This document shows positions 8,422 through 17,964 of a DNA stretch of 23,694 bases, in pieces (the stretch's first letter is position 1; each line of letters opens with the position of its first letter). The stretch is from Bdellovibrionota bacterium (GTDB lineage: Bacteria; Bdellovibrionota_C; UBA2361; OMII01): the NCBI GenBank assembly GCA_044356215.1, contig JBIKWQ010000055.1, positions 1 to 23,694 of the forward strand, read 5' to 3'. A program made the translations under genes and the position numbers. Below the pieces are notes generated by a model that was not told the origin of the DNA, ran no database searches, and worked only from the letters and a program-made list of their open reading frames with translations.

Positions 8422-9786
8422 CTACAGTCCTCGTAACGAAACCTTAGCCTGCGCCACCCTCACGCGCAGTGCTGTTCTAACTCCAGACAGGCACAGCGCC
8501 TTCTTGGTTACCGTATGCAACGCCTCAACTCCTGTTGAGTTTAAGAACAGCGGAGCAGTCACCTCCGTGGGAGCCGCAGCGTGTTGCAAATATACTCGCA
8601 TCGCTTTAAGCGCTTCACCTCGCAGCCTGAAACGGCTTGGTTTAGCGGATGGTCGCGTAGATAAAGTTAGAACGCCACTATTACTATTGTAGTCCCCGCG
8701 CTTAACATTCACTAATGCTCCTAGAGGCATAGACCGCTGCGATAACACAGCCACCATCGCTCGATCTCGCAGGTCCACTAAGGTCTGCGGACTAATCTTC
8801 TTCAGGATAGCCACTCGGGATCGGCTTGATATCGATAGTCGTTTACCGCTTCCCTGTTCCTTCACTGGGCAGAACTGGTAAACCACCGAGTGATTCTCAA
8901 CCGGAGCCGGTGATGGTGTAGGTAGTGGCGTCGGCTGCAAGCGATCAGCGGAGTTGTCCCCATCGTCCTCGTCTGGCGGTGGCGTTGGACCTGCGCCGCC
9001 TCCGTTACGGTCCGGACTGGTTGGTGGACAGAGGGAAACATCTGGCTCTTGGATGTCTCCCGAGATCGATCCATCGGCCGGGATTACTCCTTTAATCGTA
9101 AAGTTATCCAATCTGACCCGGCCATTCACCTCGTCCATAAAGACCCCGAATGCTCGCACCATTCCAGCTGCTGGAAGCGGTGCTCCCGAGACCGCTGGTA
9201 GATTTGGCCCAAGTCCTGGAACATATGTCGTTGTGCCGTAGGTTAAGGCAGCTGGCGAAAACTGTGCTGATTCCCAGTATCCGGGCCTTGCCTGTCTCGC
9301 GAAATCGGACGAGATATACCAAACATTATCGATTAGGATCGCCAAATGAGTTTTGTTTGGCTGCCCCTGAATATCGATACCACTTAGTCTCTGCCTGTAT
9401 TGGATCAGCGCCTGACTATTTTTCAACATCCCGACGTCAAACTGAAACTCCGCCGTTAAAACGGTTAAACCGAATACAGGCTTAAACCAAAACGCATATC
9501 CCTGCGCCAAACCAAGGGGATTGCTGTTTACCGAGCTTCCGATATCAAGGGTCCCGTAACTAAACACTTTTAAGTTGCTGATTTTGGCTTGTGGTAACCC
9601 ACTAACCAGTCCAACCCAGTTGGTCTCAGCCGCTGCGTCTTTACCGATCGTTCCCGTGCAGTATCCAAAAGTCTCACGGTACAACGTGCGCGGCTCCGCT
9701 GTTGCCGTCGGCACCGCACTCAAGACCGCTCCTAAAATAAATGCTGCCCCAACGATATGCCACTTTCCGAGCGTTCTGTGCCTCAT
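8422..9786 (-). CDS. Secreted-type protein: signal peptide, beta-rich domain, Pro/Asp linker, degenerate tyrosine-recombinase-like C-terminus
   Basis: Purine-rich RBS; N-terminus MRHRTLGKWHIVGAAFILGAVLSAVPTATA; linker PTPPPDEDDGD...PTPLPTPSPAP; C-terminal LRDRAMVAVL...EALKAMRVYL...PLFLNSTG resembles XerC/D. Confidence 0.85.
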   Translation of the reverse strand: MRHRTLGKWHIVGAAFILGAVLSAVPTATAEPRTLYRETFGYCTGTIGKDAAAETNWVGLVSGLPQAKISNLKVFSYGTLDIGSSVNSNPLGLAQGYAFWFKPVFGLTVLTAEFQFDVGMLKNSQALIQYRQRLSGIDIQGQPNKTHLAILIDNVWYISSDFARQARPGYWESAQFSPAALTYGTTTYVPGLGPNLPAVSGAPLPAAGMVRAFGVFMDEVNGRVRLDNFTIKGVIPADGSISGDIQEPDVSLCPPTSPDRNGGGAGPTPPPDEDDGDNSADRLQPTPLPTPSPAPVENHSVVYQFCPVKEQGSGKRLSISSRSRVAILKKISPQTLVDLRDRAMVAVLSQRSMPLGALVNVKRGDYNSNSGVLTLSTRPSAKPSRFRLRGEALKAMRVYLQHAAAPTEVTAPLFLNSTGVEALHTVTKKALCLSGVRTALRVRVAQAKVSLRGL

Positions 9787-9953
9787 CTCTCTCTCCCTTT
9801 AGAAACTAAAACGTGTGAGCACATTTACCCTTATACTGAGCGGCTCCAAATGATCGGCATCATCAGGCGTGAGTGCTATTTGATGGTGTTGCTATTTTTC
9901 ACTTCCTTGATAATCTTTGTCCTGCAGACAGTATAATAAGCAAAAATACCACT

Positions 9954-11057
9954 ATGAAGACCAGCACCCTGAAAAAGCTCTCACCTGAACTTCGCTCAAT
10001 GATTATAAAGGACTCAAGTCGAGTAAAAAGCGGAGAGACCTTAGCGGCATCAGTAAAGAAGAGCTCTAAGGCGGTTACGGCATTTGCCGAGCGCACTCTT
10101 AATCACTGCAACGGCGGAGCTACCTTGCAGGCCGCGCACTGGTTAAACAAACACCTAGCTAGTGGTGGAAAGCTTGTCGTGACACTCGCTGGAGCGCTCA
10201 GCTCATTTCAAGTCGGTGTGATGCTAGCCGAACTGATCCGCAGGAATAAGGTGCACCTCGTCTCTGCAACCGGAGCGAACCACGAGGAGTCGTACTATCG
10301 TTATGTAGCTCACTCACACTACGCGTACATACCGCGCTACACAGAGCTGACCCCAACTCAAGAGGCTGAGCTAAGAGACGCGGGGTTAAGGCGCATCACT
10401 GACACGTTCCTGCCTGAGGACGAGAGCGTTAGAATTATGGAGCCACACCTTTTAAAAATGTGGAAGGCAGCAGAGAAAGCCGGTGAGAGCTACTATCCCC
10501 ACGAATATTTTAGGAGATTATTCAAGGAGCGCCTCATAACGCCTGACAAGGTGGCTAATCCCGCCGATTGCTGGGTTCACGCGGCCTACGAGAAGAATAT
10601 ACCGATCGTGATACCTGGCTTTGAGGATTCGACGATGGGAAATATCTTCGCCAGCTACACATACAACGGACCACACAAGCAAAAGGGATCAACCACGGTT
10701 AGCCCCTACGTGATGAAGGGCGGAATCGATTACTTTCACCTGATGTATGATTGGTATCTGAAGGAATCAAAAAAACATCCGATCGCTTTTTTACAACTAG
10801 GTGGTGGTATCGCCGCAGATTTCCCGATCTGCGTTGTTCCATCGATCAAGCACGATCTACATTTAACTGAGGCTCGCGACTGGGCTGGTTTTATTGAGAT
10901 AGGCTCCTCTCCTATGTCCTACGGCTCATATTCAGGAGCTGGCGGAAAAGAGAAGATAACTTGGGATAAGTTATCTACGGAGAGCTATTACCAGATTATT
11001 CAGAGCGACGTCACTGTGGCGTTTCCGTGGATTGCTGCTGTGTTGTTGGGGTTGTAG
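9954..11057 (+). CDS. Deoxyhypusine synthase-like protein (probable bacterial homospermidine/polyamine synthase)
   Basis: LAGALSS, SATGANHEE, RRITDTFLPE, LGGGIAADFPICVVP, SYGSYSGA...EKITWDK (Lys equivalent to the DHS WGK lysine). ATG 9954 preferred over GTG 9873; TATAAT at 9932-9937. Confidence 0.92.
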   Translation: MKTSTLKKLSPELRSMIIKDSSRVKSGETLAASVKKSSKAVTAFAERTLNHCNGGATLQAAHWLNKHLASGGKLVVTLAGALSSFQVGVMLAELIRRNKVHLVSATGANHEESYYRYVAHSHYAYIPRYTELTPTQEAELRDAGLRRITDTFLPEDESVRIMEPHLLKMWKAAEKAGESYYPHEYFRRLFKERLITPDKVANPADCWVHAAYEKNIPIVIPGFEDSTMGNIFASYTYNGPHKQKGSTTVSPYVMKGGIDYFHLMYDWYLKESKKHPIAFLQLGGGIAADFPICVVPSIKHDLHLTEARDWAGFIEIGSSPMSYGSYSGAGGKEKITWDKLSTESYYQIIQSDVTVAFPWIAAVLLGL

Positions 11058-11123
11058 GGGTGATGGCTGTTTGCTGCTCTGGCAAACGCCATGAACTGCG
11101 GAGATTCCTCGTTAAGGAGCCAG

Positions 11124-11594
11124 ATGAGCGAGGACCTTAGTAATCCACGAGTTTCTGTTCGTCTCGCGCTGGCTCATGAAGAGGAGATAATCAGCGCGAT
11201 GCTTCCATCGTATTTAGCTGAACTTCAAGTAGGTCCAGAGTATCCGTATTTAGGACTATACTGGAAGGACGAAAACCGTCGCCCTTATATCATTCAGTCT
11301 GGCCAGGAGGTGGCCGGATTCGCTTTGGTTCGTCAGGAGCACCAGGGAGCACCTTGGCAAATTGCTGAATTTTATATAGCGCCTAAATTCCGAAGAGTGA
11401 GAGTTGGCTTAATCGCTGCACTATCAATATTGAGCGAGCAGGAAGGCGCATGGCGAATCTCTGTCTTAGAGCATAACGAAGCCGCTAAAAAATTCTGGCG
11501 TCAAGTTATTAGCGGCGTTATTAACGGTGTCGGTTTACAGGAAGTGTTAGAGGACAAAAATACTGTGTTTTTATTTACAACAGCAGGCATCTAG
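11124..11594 (+). CDS. GNAT family N-acetyltransferase
   Basis: AAGGAG before ATG 11124; VAGFALV, IAEFYIAPKFRRVRVG, NEAAKKFW motifs. Confidence 0.88.
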   Translation: MSEDLSNPRVSVRLALAHEEEIISAMLPSYLAELQVGPEYPYLGLYWKDENRRPYIIQSGQEVAGFALVRQEHQGAPWQIAEFYIAPKFRRVRVGLIAALSILSEQEGAWRISVLEHNEAAKKFWRQVISGVINGVGLQEVLEDKNTVFLFTTAGI

Positions 11595-11709
11595 CGTTTC
11601 GTACAGTAATGCGGATCCTCTTCATACAAAGTACCAGTTCTTGAAAGTAACCCCGTACCAGTGCTTTTATACCAGTGCTTTTAGCGCTTTTGCTTTTTGC
11701 TTTTAGTGC

Positions 11710-12855
11710 CTACCTCCCCCACCCCGACACAACTATCTCCTCTACCGTAGTAGCAACCGAAGCTCCATTCTCAATCTTGAATAACCTCGGAGGACACGAC
11801 AATACGCCATCCTGATTAAACGACGCATTGGGAAAGATCGATTTAGTAGTTCCTAACGATTTGGTACGGGCCAGCACTTCAGCGCTACTAGGCTTCTTCT
11901 GGTCGCTATCAACAGACTGCTCAAATGCCTGTATTATAGTGCCTATCGCGTCATAAAAATTAGCTGAATAAAGTGTGTGTCGATGTCCAACGGATCGCGC
12001 CACTCGCTCCTCTAACTCTCGATCTGGAAAATAGGTCTCCGCGGCGTACCAATAACCCTCGTAAGGTACTAGCGATGCCACGTTAGAGAGTCCCGTTTGC
12101 ACGACCACTGGCAGAGTTTTATTAACCACTCTTAGCTGCGAAATAAAGGTATCAAGCTGTCCACCGAAAAGATTTACATACAAGACGTCCGGCTTTCTTG
12201 ATAACTCACGAGCTATACTCGATCTGAAATCTGTCTCTGATCCACTAACTTCTAACTTCGAGATTACTCGCATCCCTGACAAAGGAGCCAATCGCTCTAG
12301 CTCCTGAGCTGAATGCACCGAGCCCGCTTCAGATGGCACAACTGTTATGATGTTTTTAAATTCCCGCTTCTTAAAAACCTCTAGAAGCACCGGCAGGAAC
12401 GCGCTGGGAGGGGAGAGATTAAGGAAATTGAATCGTCCTTCCGCGATCTGCGGAGCCCATGCGACGCCGATATGAAGCACCTCCGAACGTTCAGCGATCG
12501 GAGCTACAACCGAGCCGCCATAGGACCATGTCGAAACAAGAGCTGATACACGATCTCTGTTAATAAGTTTCTGCGCCGCTGATGCGGCGTTCTTAGACTG
12601 TAGCTGATCGTCCTCAAAGACCACGCTATAGCGAAGTTTTGTGTTCTTACTAAAATCCTCAAGAGCCAAGAGAGCGGCGGCACGAAACGATTCAGCACTG
12701 GCGGCTAAAGGACCAGTAAGTGGAATCACAACGCCAATTTTAACCAGATTAGCCTCTGAATCATCCGCTGTAGATCCTGAGGCTCCAATAAAAAAAGACA
12801 AAACCGACAGGACTACTAAAATCAGGTATCCCTTGTTCCTATTCTCCATCATCAC
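11710..12855 (-). CDS. ABC transporter substrate-binding protein, LivK/LivJ-like type I fold
   Basis: Signal peptide; [45 protein letters not shown]. Start uncertain among GTG 12855 and ATG 12852/12849. Confidence 0.88.
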   Translation of the reverse strand: MMMENRNKGYLILVVLSVLSFFIGASGSTADDSEANLVKIGVVIPLTGPLAASAESFRAAALLALEDFSKNTKLRYSVVFEDDQLQSKNAASAAQKLINRDRVSALVSTWSYGGSVVAPIAERSEVLHIGVAWAPQIAEGRFNFLNLSPPSAFLPVLLEVFKKREFKNIITVVPSEAGSVHSAQELERLAPLSGMRVISKLEVSGSETDFRSSIARELSRKPDVLYVNLFGGQLDTFISQLRVVNKTLPVVVQTGLSNVASLVPYEGYWYAAETYFPDRELEERVARSVGHRHTLYSANFYDAIGTIIQAFEQSVDSDQKKPSSAEVLARTKSLGTTKSIFPNASFNQDGVLSCPPRLFKIENGASVATTVEEIVVSGWGR

Positions 12856-14887
12856 TAGCCTCCAACGCCTGCTTCATTATCCGCTGTATCTTATCCCTAA
12901 TCTGAGCCGCGACCTCGTACTCTTTTCTGGCCGCTGCATCAAACATCTCTTTCTTAAGCGATTCAATTAATCTCTGCTGCTCCTTAGGATCCGCCGGTAA
13001 CTCGACTCCGTATCCTGGCTCCTGCTGCGCCACCTCTTGAATGGATTGCTCCTCACTCAGAGATCTCTGCTCAGACCTCTTCGCCGAACGGGGAATTATC
13101 CCGTGCTTGGCGTTAAACTCAGCCTGAATGGCTCGCCTGCGCTCCGTCTCTGAGATGGCTTCCTGCATCGATTTAGTCATTTTATCAGCGTATAAAATTA
13201 CTCTTCCATCGATGTTACGGGCCGCTCGTCCCATAATCTGAATTAATGACCTAGTCGATCGCAAGAAGCCCTCTTTATCGGCATCAAGGATCGCCACTAG
13301 GCTCACCTCCACGAGATCTAGCCCCTCTCGGAGTAAGTTAATACCGATCAAAACATCGAAATCTCCCCTTCTAAGTCCACGAAGGATCTCGACCCGCTCT
13401 ATAGTTGTAATATCAGAGTGGAGATACCGCGCCTTAATTCCGATCTCTCGGAGATAGCTCGACAGATCCTCAGCTATCTTCTTGGTAAGAGTTATCGCCA
13501 ATATACGTTGACCAGCGGCGATGACCTTTTGAATCTCTGTAAGCAGATCGTCTATCTGCCGCGTTGCCGGCTTAATAGTTACCTGAGGATCAAGAAGTCC
13601 TGTCGGTCTATTCACCTGCTCCACAACCACACCGGCGCTTTTTTCCAACTCAAAATCAGCCGGGGTCGCCGAAACAAAGATCGTCTGTCCGACACGCGAC
13701 CAGAACTCATCTAAATTTAGTGGTCTGTTATCAAGCGCCGATGGCAAACGGAATCCGAAATCAACCAGGGTCTGCTTGCGCGCTCTATCGCCGCGATACA
13801 TCCCTCCTAACTGCGGTACGGTCACGTGACTCTCATCAATCACCAATAAAAAATCATCTGGGAAATAATCGAGTAGTGACGTCGGGGGCTCTCCAGGTTT
13901 ACGCCCCGCTAAATGCCTACTGTAGTTTTCAATTCCTCGACAGAATCCGATCTCATCTAACAATTCAAGGTCATAGGCCGTTCGCTGTTCAAGTCGTTGG
14001 CTCTCAAGAACTTTACCTTGTCGTAGCAGCTCCATCGACCACTCTTTTAGCTCAGCTTTGATCGACACCATCGCCTTTTCTACCGCGTCACGCCCCGTAA
14101 CGAAGTGGCTTACTGGATACGCGGCGGCGGATGAGAGCTGTCGAATCGTAGTCCCAGTCAACGGATCGATCTCGCGTAGCTCCTCTATCTCCGTTCCGAA
14201 AAAGAGGATCCTAACTGCCGCCGCGTCCTGATCAGATGGAAATACATCTATGGTATCCCCTCTAACTCTAAAGGTGCCGCGCGTAAACTCGATATCAGTT
14301 CGCTTGTACTGCATGTAAACAAGCTGCCGAATCACATCTTCTCTCGCTATCACGTCCCCCTTTTCGACGTACAACATCATCTTGAAGTAGTCTTCTGGGG
14401 CGCCTAATCCGTAGATGCAACTCACACTCGCTACGATAATCGTGTCACGAGACTCCAAAAGCGCCTTAGTGGCCGCGTGGCGCATCTTGTCGATCTCTTC
14501 ATTAATCGCCGAATCCTTCTCGATGTAGGTATCGGTCGCCGGAATGTATGCCTCCGGCTGATAGTAGTCGTAGTAGCTGACGAAATAACGCACCCTGTTC
14601 TTGGGGAAAAACTCAAGAAACTCGTTGTAGAGCTGCGCGGCCAGTGTTTTATTGGGTGCAATCACCAATGTCGGACGATTAACATTCGCAACTACGTTGG
14701 CGATCGTAAATGTTTTTCCTGAACCGGTAACTCCAAGTAAAGTCTGGAAACGAACGTCCTTCTTTAGATTCTCTGTGAGGCTCGCTATCGCTTGCGGCTG
14801 ATCTCCTTGCGGAGCGAATACAGTTGTGAGCTCAAACGGCTCAGATACCGGTTGTGCCCGAGCTGCTGATGGTCGGCGTGTACTCAC
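12839..14887 (-). CDS. uvrB: Excinuclease ABC subunit B
   Basis: [58 protein letters not shown]-terminal UVR domain [11 protein letters not shown]. Confidence 0.99.
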   Translation of the reverse strand: MSTRRPSAARAQPVSEPFELTTVFAPQGDQPQAIASLTENLKKDVRFQTLLGVTGSGKTFTIANVVANVNRPTLVIAPNKTLAAQLYNEFLEFFPKNRVRYFVSYYDYYQPEAYIPATDTYIEKDSAINEEIDKMRHAATKALLESRDTIIVASVSCIYGLGAPEDYFKMMLYVEKGDVIAREDVIRQLVYMQYKRTDIEFTRGTFRVRGDTIDVFPSDQDAAAVRILFFGTEIEELREIDPLTGTTIRQLSSAAAYPVSHFVTGRDAVEKAMVSIKAELKEWSMELLRQGKVLESQRLEQRTAYDLELLDEIGFCRGIENYSRHLAGRKPGEPPTSLLDYFPDDFLLVIDESHVTVPQLGGMYRGDRARKQTLVDFGFRLPSALDNRPLNLDEFWSRVGQTIFVSATPADFELEKSAGVVVEQVNRPTGLLDPQVTIKPATRQIDDLLTEIQKVIAAGQRILAITLTKKIAEDLSSYLREIGIKARYLHSDITTIERVEILRGLRRGDFDVLIGINLLREGLDLVEVSLVAILDADKEGFLRSTRSLIQIMGRAARNIDGRVILYADKMTKSMQEAISETERRRAIQAEFNAKHGIIPRSAKRSEQRSLSEEQSIQEVAQQEPGYGVELPADPKEQQRLIESLKKEMFDAAARKEYEVAAQIRDKIQRIMKQALEASDDGE

Positions 14888-15987
14888 TAAGCCTTGCGCC
14901 TCTTTGCCTCCGCGATCTTCTCCTTGGCCAAATCGATCGCGACAACCTCTGTATCACGCCCCGTTTTCAGAGCCTGATCTAGCACCCTGCCAGTTGTCTC
15001 ATAGATGCCGTCTACCTTCTTTTGTATCCAAGGTATCGATGGACCACCCTCCGCCAACTCAGCTCCTACGCAGATCACACCACCAGAGTTGATCGCGAAA
15101 TCCGGACAGTAGAGCAATCCACGCTCCTTAATCGTAGTGTATACACTTGGAGCGGATAACTGATTATTGGCTGCCCCGGCGATTATCTTGCACGAGAGCC
15201 TCTTTAATGTTTCAGGGTTAATAGTCTGTCCGATCGCGCACGGCGCGAAGACATCGCATGGCACATCGTAGATCTGATCCGCCGAGACAACCGCCGCCCC
15301 AAAGCGCTTTGCTGCCTCTTCTGTCAGCGCGCTATTAGTGTCGCAAACCGTGACTTTTGCCCCGGCTTTAACGAGATTCTCTAGGAGATACATTCCCACA
15401 TGACCGACACCTTGAATCGCAACCCTCTTGCCTTCTATTTTTGGAGCGGCAGTAAAGACCCTTTCGACCGCGGCTCTTATCGAATGAAAAACACCGAGAG
15501 CTGTCCAAGGAGATGGATCTCCAGCGCCGCCGTTGTTCGGGTCGGTACCCACCACGAAAGGAGAGATCTTCTTGATTATACTCATGTCGACCACAGAGGT
15601 CCCCATGTCTTCCGCAGTCACATACCTGCCAGCAAGGTGGTTAAGACACTCACCTACCTTTGCAAAGAGAGCTTCGCGCCCCTCTTTCATCGCAGGATCG
15701 GCAATAATACAAGACTTGCCACCGCCAAGAGGTAGATCCGCCAGCGCGCTCTTGTAAGTCATCCCCTCAGAGAGACGCATTACATCATCCAGTGCCTGCG
15801 CCTCGCTCTGATACATGCGCATGCGACAACCTCCGAGACCTGGGCCGCGTGTTGTATCGTGGATCGCGACGATAAGCTTTAAACCGACCTCGGGATAATT
15901 AAAGAAACATACCTGCTCGTGACCACGAGCTGCGCACTGCTCAAGAACTAGCTGTGACATAACTTCAAGCCTTATAGGGCCCGACAC
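14887..15987 (-). CDS. Leu/Phe/Val (Glu/Leu/Phe/Val family) dehydrogenase
   Basis: [68 protein letters not shown]. True start may be the ATG for MSQL. Confidence 0.95.
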   Translation of the reverse strand: MSGPIRLEVMSQLVLEQCAARGHEQVCFFNYPEVGLKLIVAIHDTTRGPGLGGCRMRMYQSEAQALDDVMRLSEGMTYKSALADLPLGGGKSCIIADPAMKEGREALFAKVGECLNHLAGRYVTAEDMGTSVVDMSIIKKISPFVVGTDPNNGGAGDPSPWTALGVFHSIRAAVERVFTAAPKIEGKRVAIQGVGHVGMYLLENLVKAGAKVTVCDTNSALTEEAAKRFGAAVVSADQIYDVPCDVFAPCAIGQTINPETLKRLSCKIIAGAANNQLSAPSVYTTIKERGLLYCPDFAINSGGVICVGAELAEGGPSIPWIQKKVDGIYETTGRVLDQALKTGRDTEVVAIDLAKEKIAEAKRRKA

Positions 15988-16018
15988 AAGTGGGCCATTA
16001 AACTAAACGAAGCGGCAC

Positions 16019-16046
16019 AAAAAATAGGCTCGGATCAAACTCCGAG
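16019..16046 (-). terminator. Putative intrinsic terminator after the small lipoprotein ORF
   Basis: Minus strand ctcgga-gtttga-tccgag followed by cctatttttt; U-tract offset by 4 nt, so possibly weak. Confidence 0.45.
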
Positions 16047-16047
16047 T

Positions 16048-16197
16048 TTAGTCCGCTTTGTGCGGATCTATTACCTCACCCTTCTGAGGGTCAGGTAGGC
16101 CCGCGTAATTTTGTGGACGGCGTTTGCACCCTGTAACAACAACAGAGCAAACCAGTAAACAGAGTACGAGTGCTAGCAAACCGTATGATCTTTTCAT
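16048..16197 (-). CDS. Small lipoprotein, 49 aa (not in ORF track)
   Basis: Manual translation MKRSYGLLALVLCLLVCSVVVTGCKRRPQNYAGLPDPQKGEVIDPHKAD*; basic n-region, hydrophobic h-region, lipobox VTGC; AAGGT upstream. Confidence 0.75.
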   Translation of the reverse strand: MKRSYGLLALVLCLLVCSVVVTGCKRRPQNYAGLPDPQKGEVIDPHKAD

Positions 16198-16239
16198 AGC
16201 TACCTTTTTTCAGTCTTAAGAGCTGTGACACAGCGTAAA

Positions 16240-16323
16240 TGCCCTGGAGAGGACTTGAACCTCCACACCCTTGCGGACACATGACCCTGAATCATGCCTG
16301 TCTACCAATTCCAGCACCAGGGC
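16240..16323 (-). tRNA. tRNA-Leu (anticodon CAG), CCA not encoded
   Basis: gccctgg acceptor stem, D-loop ggaattggtagac, anticodon arm catga-ttCAGgg-tcatg, long variable arm, T-loop ttcaagt, discriminator A. Confidence 0.97.
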
Positions 16324-16404
16324 AGATGGGAACCGACGCAATCCCCTTTCTTAGCACAGGTTTTTCCCGATTGAAACAGCCAGGAGATCCCCGCCGTCTA
16401 ATCA

Positions 16405-17922
16405 TTATGAGAACACTACACCCTGCGCAAGAGGCATCTTGTCGCCGTAGTTAATATTGCATGTTTGACGGCGCATGTACTGCTTCCAGGAATCAGAGCC
16501 AGATTCCCGACCACCGCCTGTATCCTTTTCTCCTCCGAATGCTCCTCCGATTTCTGCCCCGGATGGACCCATATTGACATTGGCGATCCCACAATCGCTG
16601 CCGGTGGCGGAAAGAAACCGTTCCACTGCTCGCATATCGCGGGTGAAGATCGCTGAACTGAGACCTTGAGATACCCCGTTATTTAACTCAATAGCATGCT
16701 CTAGGCTCTTTACCGGCACCACATAGACGATCGGAACGAAGTTCTCTTCCTGTAGGAGCTCCATCCCCGGCTTGGCTTTCACTATAGTCGGCCGTACATA
16801 GAGCTTTGATGGCATTGAGTCTAAAACCTCGCCTCCAAAAACTACCTCGCCACCCTCACTCGGAACTCTTTTTAGAACAGCGCGATATGTCTCTACTGCT
16901 CGCTCATTAATTAACGGTCCCATAAGGGTTCCGCTCTTTAGAGGATCTCCGATCCTCACTTGCGAGTAGGCCAGTTTTAATCGGTCTATCAACGAGTCGC
17001 ACACCTGCTCGTGAACGAAGATACGCCTAATACTTGTACATCTCTGCCCTGCCGTGCCCACAGCTCCGAAGAGGATCCCCGCGGTGGCAAGATTAAGATC
17101 CGCGTCCGAGAGCACTGTTACCGCGTTATTTCCACCAAGCTCAAGTAGAGAGCGCCCTAGACGCGTAGCCACGGCGACACCGACAGATCTTCCCATCGCG
17201 CAGGAACCGGTCGCGGAAATCAGAGGTAGGCGCTTATCTTGCGCCATTAATTTTCCTATCTCTGGCCCCTCACTGAGCACAAGTGAAAAGACCCCTTCAA
17301 ATCCGAATCTCTTTGCCACCTCTCGACACAATGAGTTCACACCGAGAGCCGAAAATGGCGCGAGATCTGATGGCTTCCAAACGATAGTATCTCCACACAC
17401 CGCGGCCACCATAGCGTTCCACGCCCAAACTGCGACTGGAAAATTAAACGCAGTGATTACTCCAACCGGGCCAAGTGGGTGCCACTGCTCCATCATCCTG
17501 TGGTCGCGACGTTCTGATTGAATTATCTTGCCGTAAAGTTGTCGTGATAAGCCGACAGCGAAATCAGCGATATCGATCGCCTCTTGAACCTCCCCCTCAC
17601 CTTCAGCGAGGATTTTCCCGGTTTCCCAGGAAACGAGTCTGCCCAGCTCGGCCTTGCTGTCTCTGATGGCATTAGCGATCTGCCGCACCATCTCGCCTCT
17701 TTCCGGGGCGGGAACTTTTCGCCACTCGTTAAAAACCTCTACTGAGTCGTTAACAACCTGGTCGTATGTGAGATTGTCGACACAGAGCACCTCGCCCAAG
17801 GGCTGCCGATCAATCGGTGACAACACTCGCAGTGATTTAGCTCCTGGTTTTTTATAGGACTCTTTACCAAAAGCGGTATAGCCTAGCGACTTGGAACAGA
17901 ATTGAGGAAGAGATTGCTTCAT
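16405..17922 (-). CDS. Aldehyde dehydrogenase family 7 (alpha-aminoadipic semialdehyde / piperideine-6-carboxylate dehydrogenase-like)
   Basis: ITAFNFPVAVW, LELGGNNA, GTAGQRCTS, SDCGIANVN, GAEIGGAFGGEKDTGGGRESGSDSWKQY. Confidence 0.95.
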   Translation of the reverse strand: MKQSLPQFCSKSLGYTAFGKESYKKPGAKSLRVLSPIDRQPLGEVLCVDNLTYDQVVNDSVEVFNEWRKVPAPERGEMVRQIANAIRDSKAELGRLVSWETGKILAEGEGEVQEAIDIADFAVGLSRQLYGKIIQSERRDHRMMEQWHPLGPVGVITAFNFPVAVWAWNAMVAAVCGDTIVWKPSDLAPFSALGVNSLCREVAKRFGFEGVFSLVLSEGPEIGKLMAQDKRLPLISATGSCAMGRSVGVAVATRLGRSLLELGGNNAVTVLSDADLNLATAGILFGAVGTAGQRCTSIRRIFVHEQVCDSLIDRLKLAYSQVRIGDPLKSGTLMGPLINERAVETYRAVLKRVPSEGGEVVFGGEVLDSMPSKLYVRPTIVKAKPGMELLQEENFVPIVYVVPVKSLEHAIELNNGVSQGLSSAIFTRDMRAVERFLSATGSDCGIANVNMGPSGAEIGGAFGGEKDTGGGRESGSDSWKQYMRRQTCNINYGDKMPLAQGVVFS

Positions 17923-17964
17923 AAGTAATAGTAAACGTTACTACAAGAAAAATCCGGTGAGTAG

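Noticed and set aside
8422..8790. Functional integrase marking a prophage or genomic island
   Set aside because: Catalytic Arg, HxxR and Tyr are missing, the protein has a signal peptide, and I found no direct repeat of either tRNA 3' end and no phage genes.
11631..11706. Short repeats (accagtgctttta x2, gctttt runs) between convergent genes
   Set aside because: Low-complexity and degenerate, no stable stem; at most a termination region.
16091..16454. ORFs 16091..16282 (-) and 16239..16454 (+)
   Set aside because: Overlap the tRNA-Leu gene; the 49-aa lipoprotein frame explains the coding signal better.
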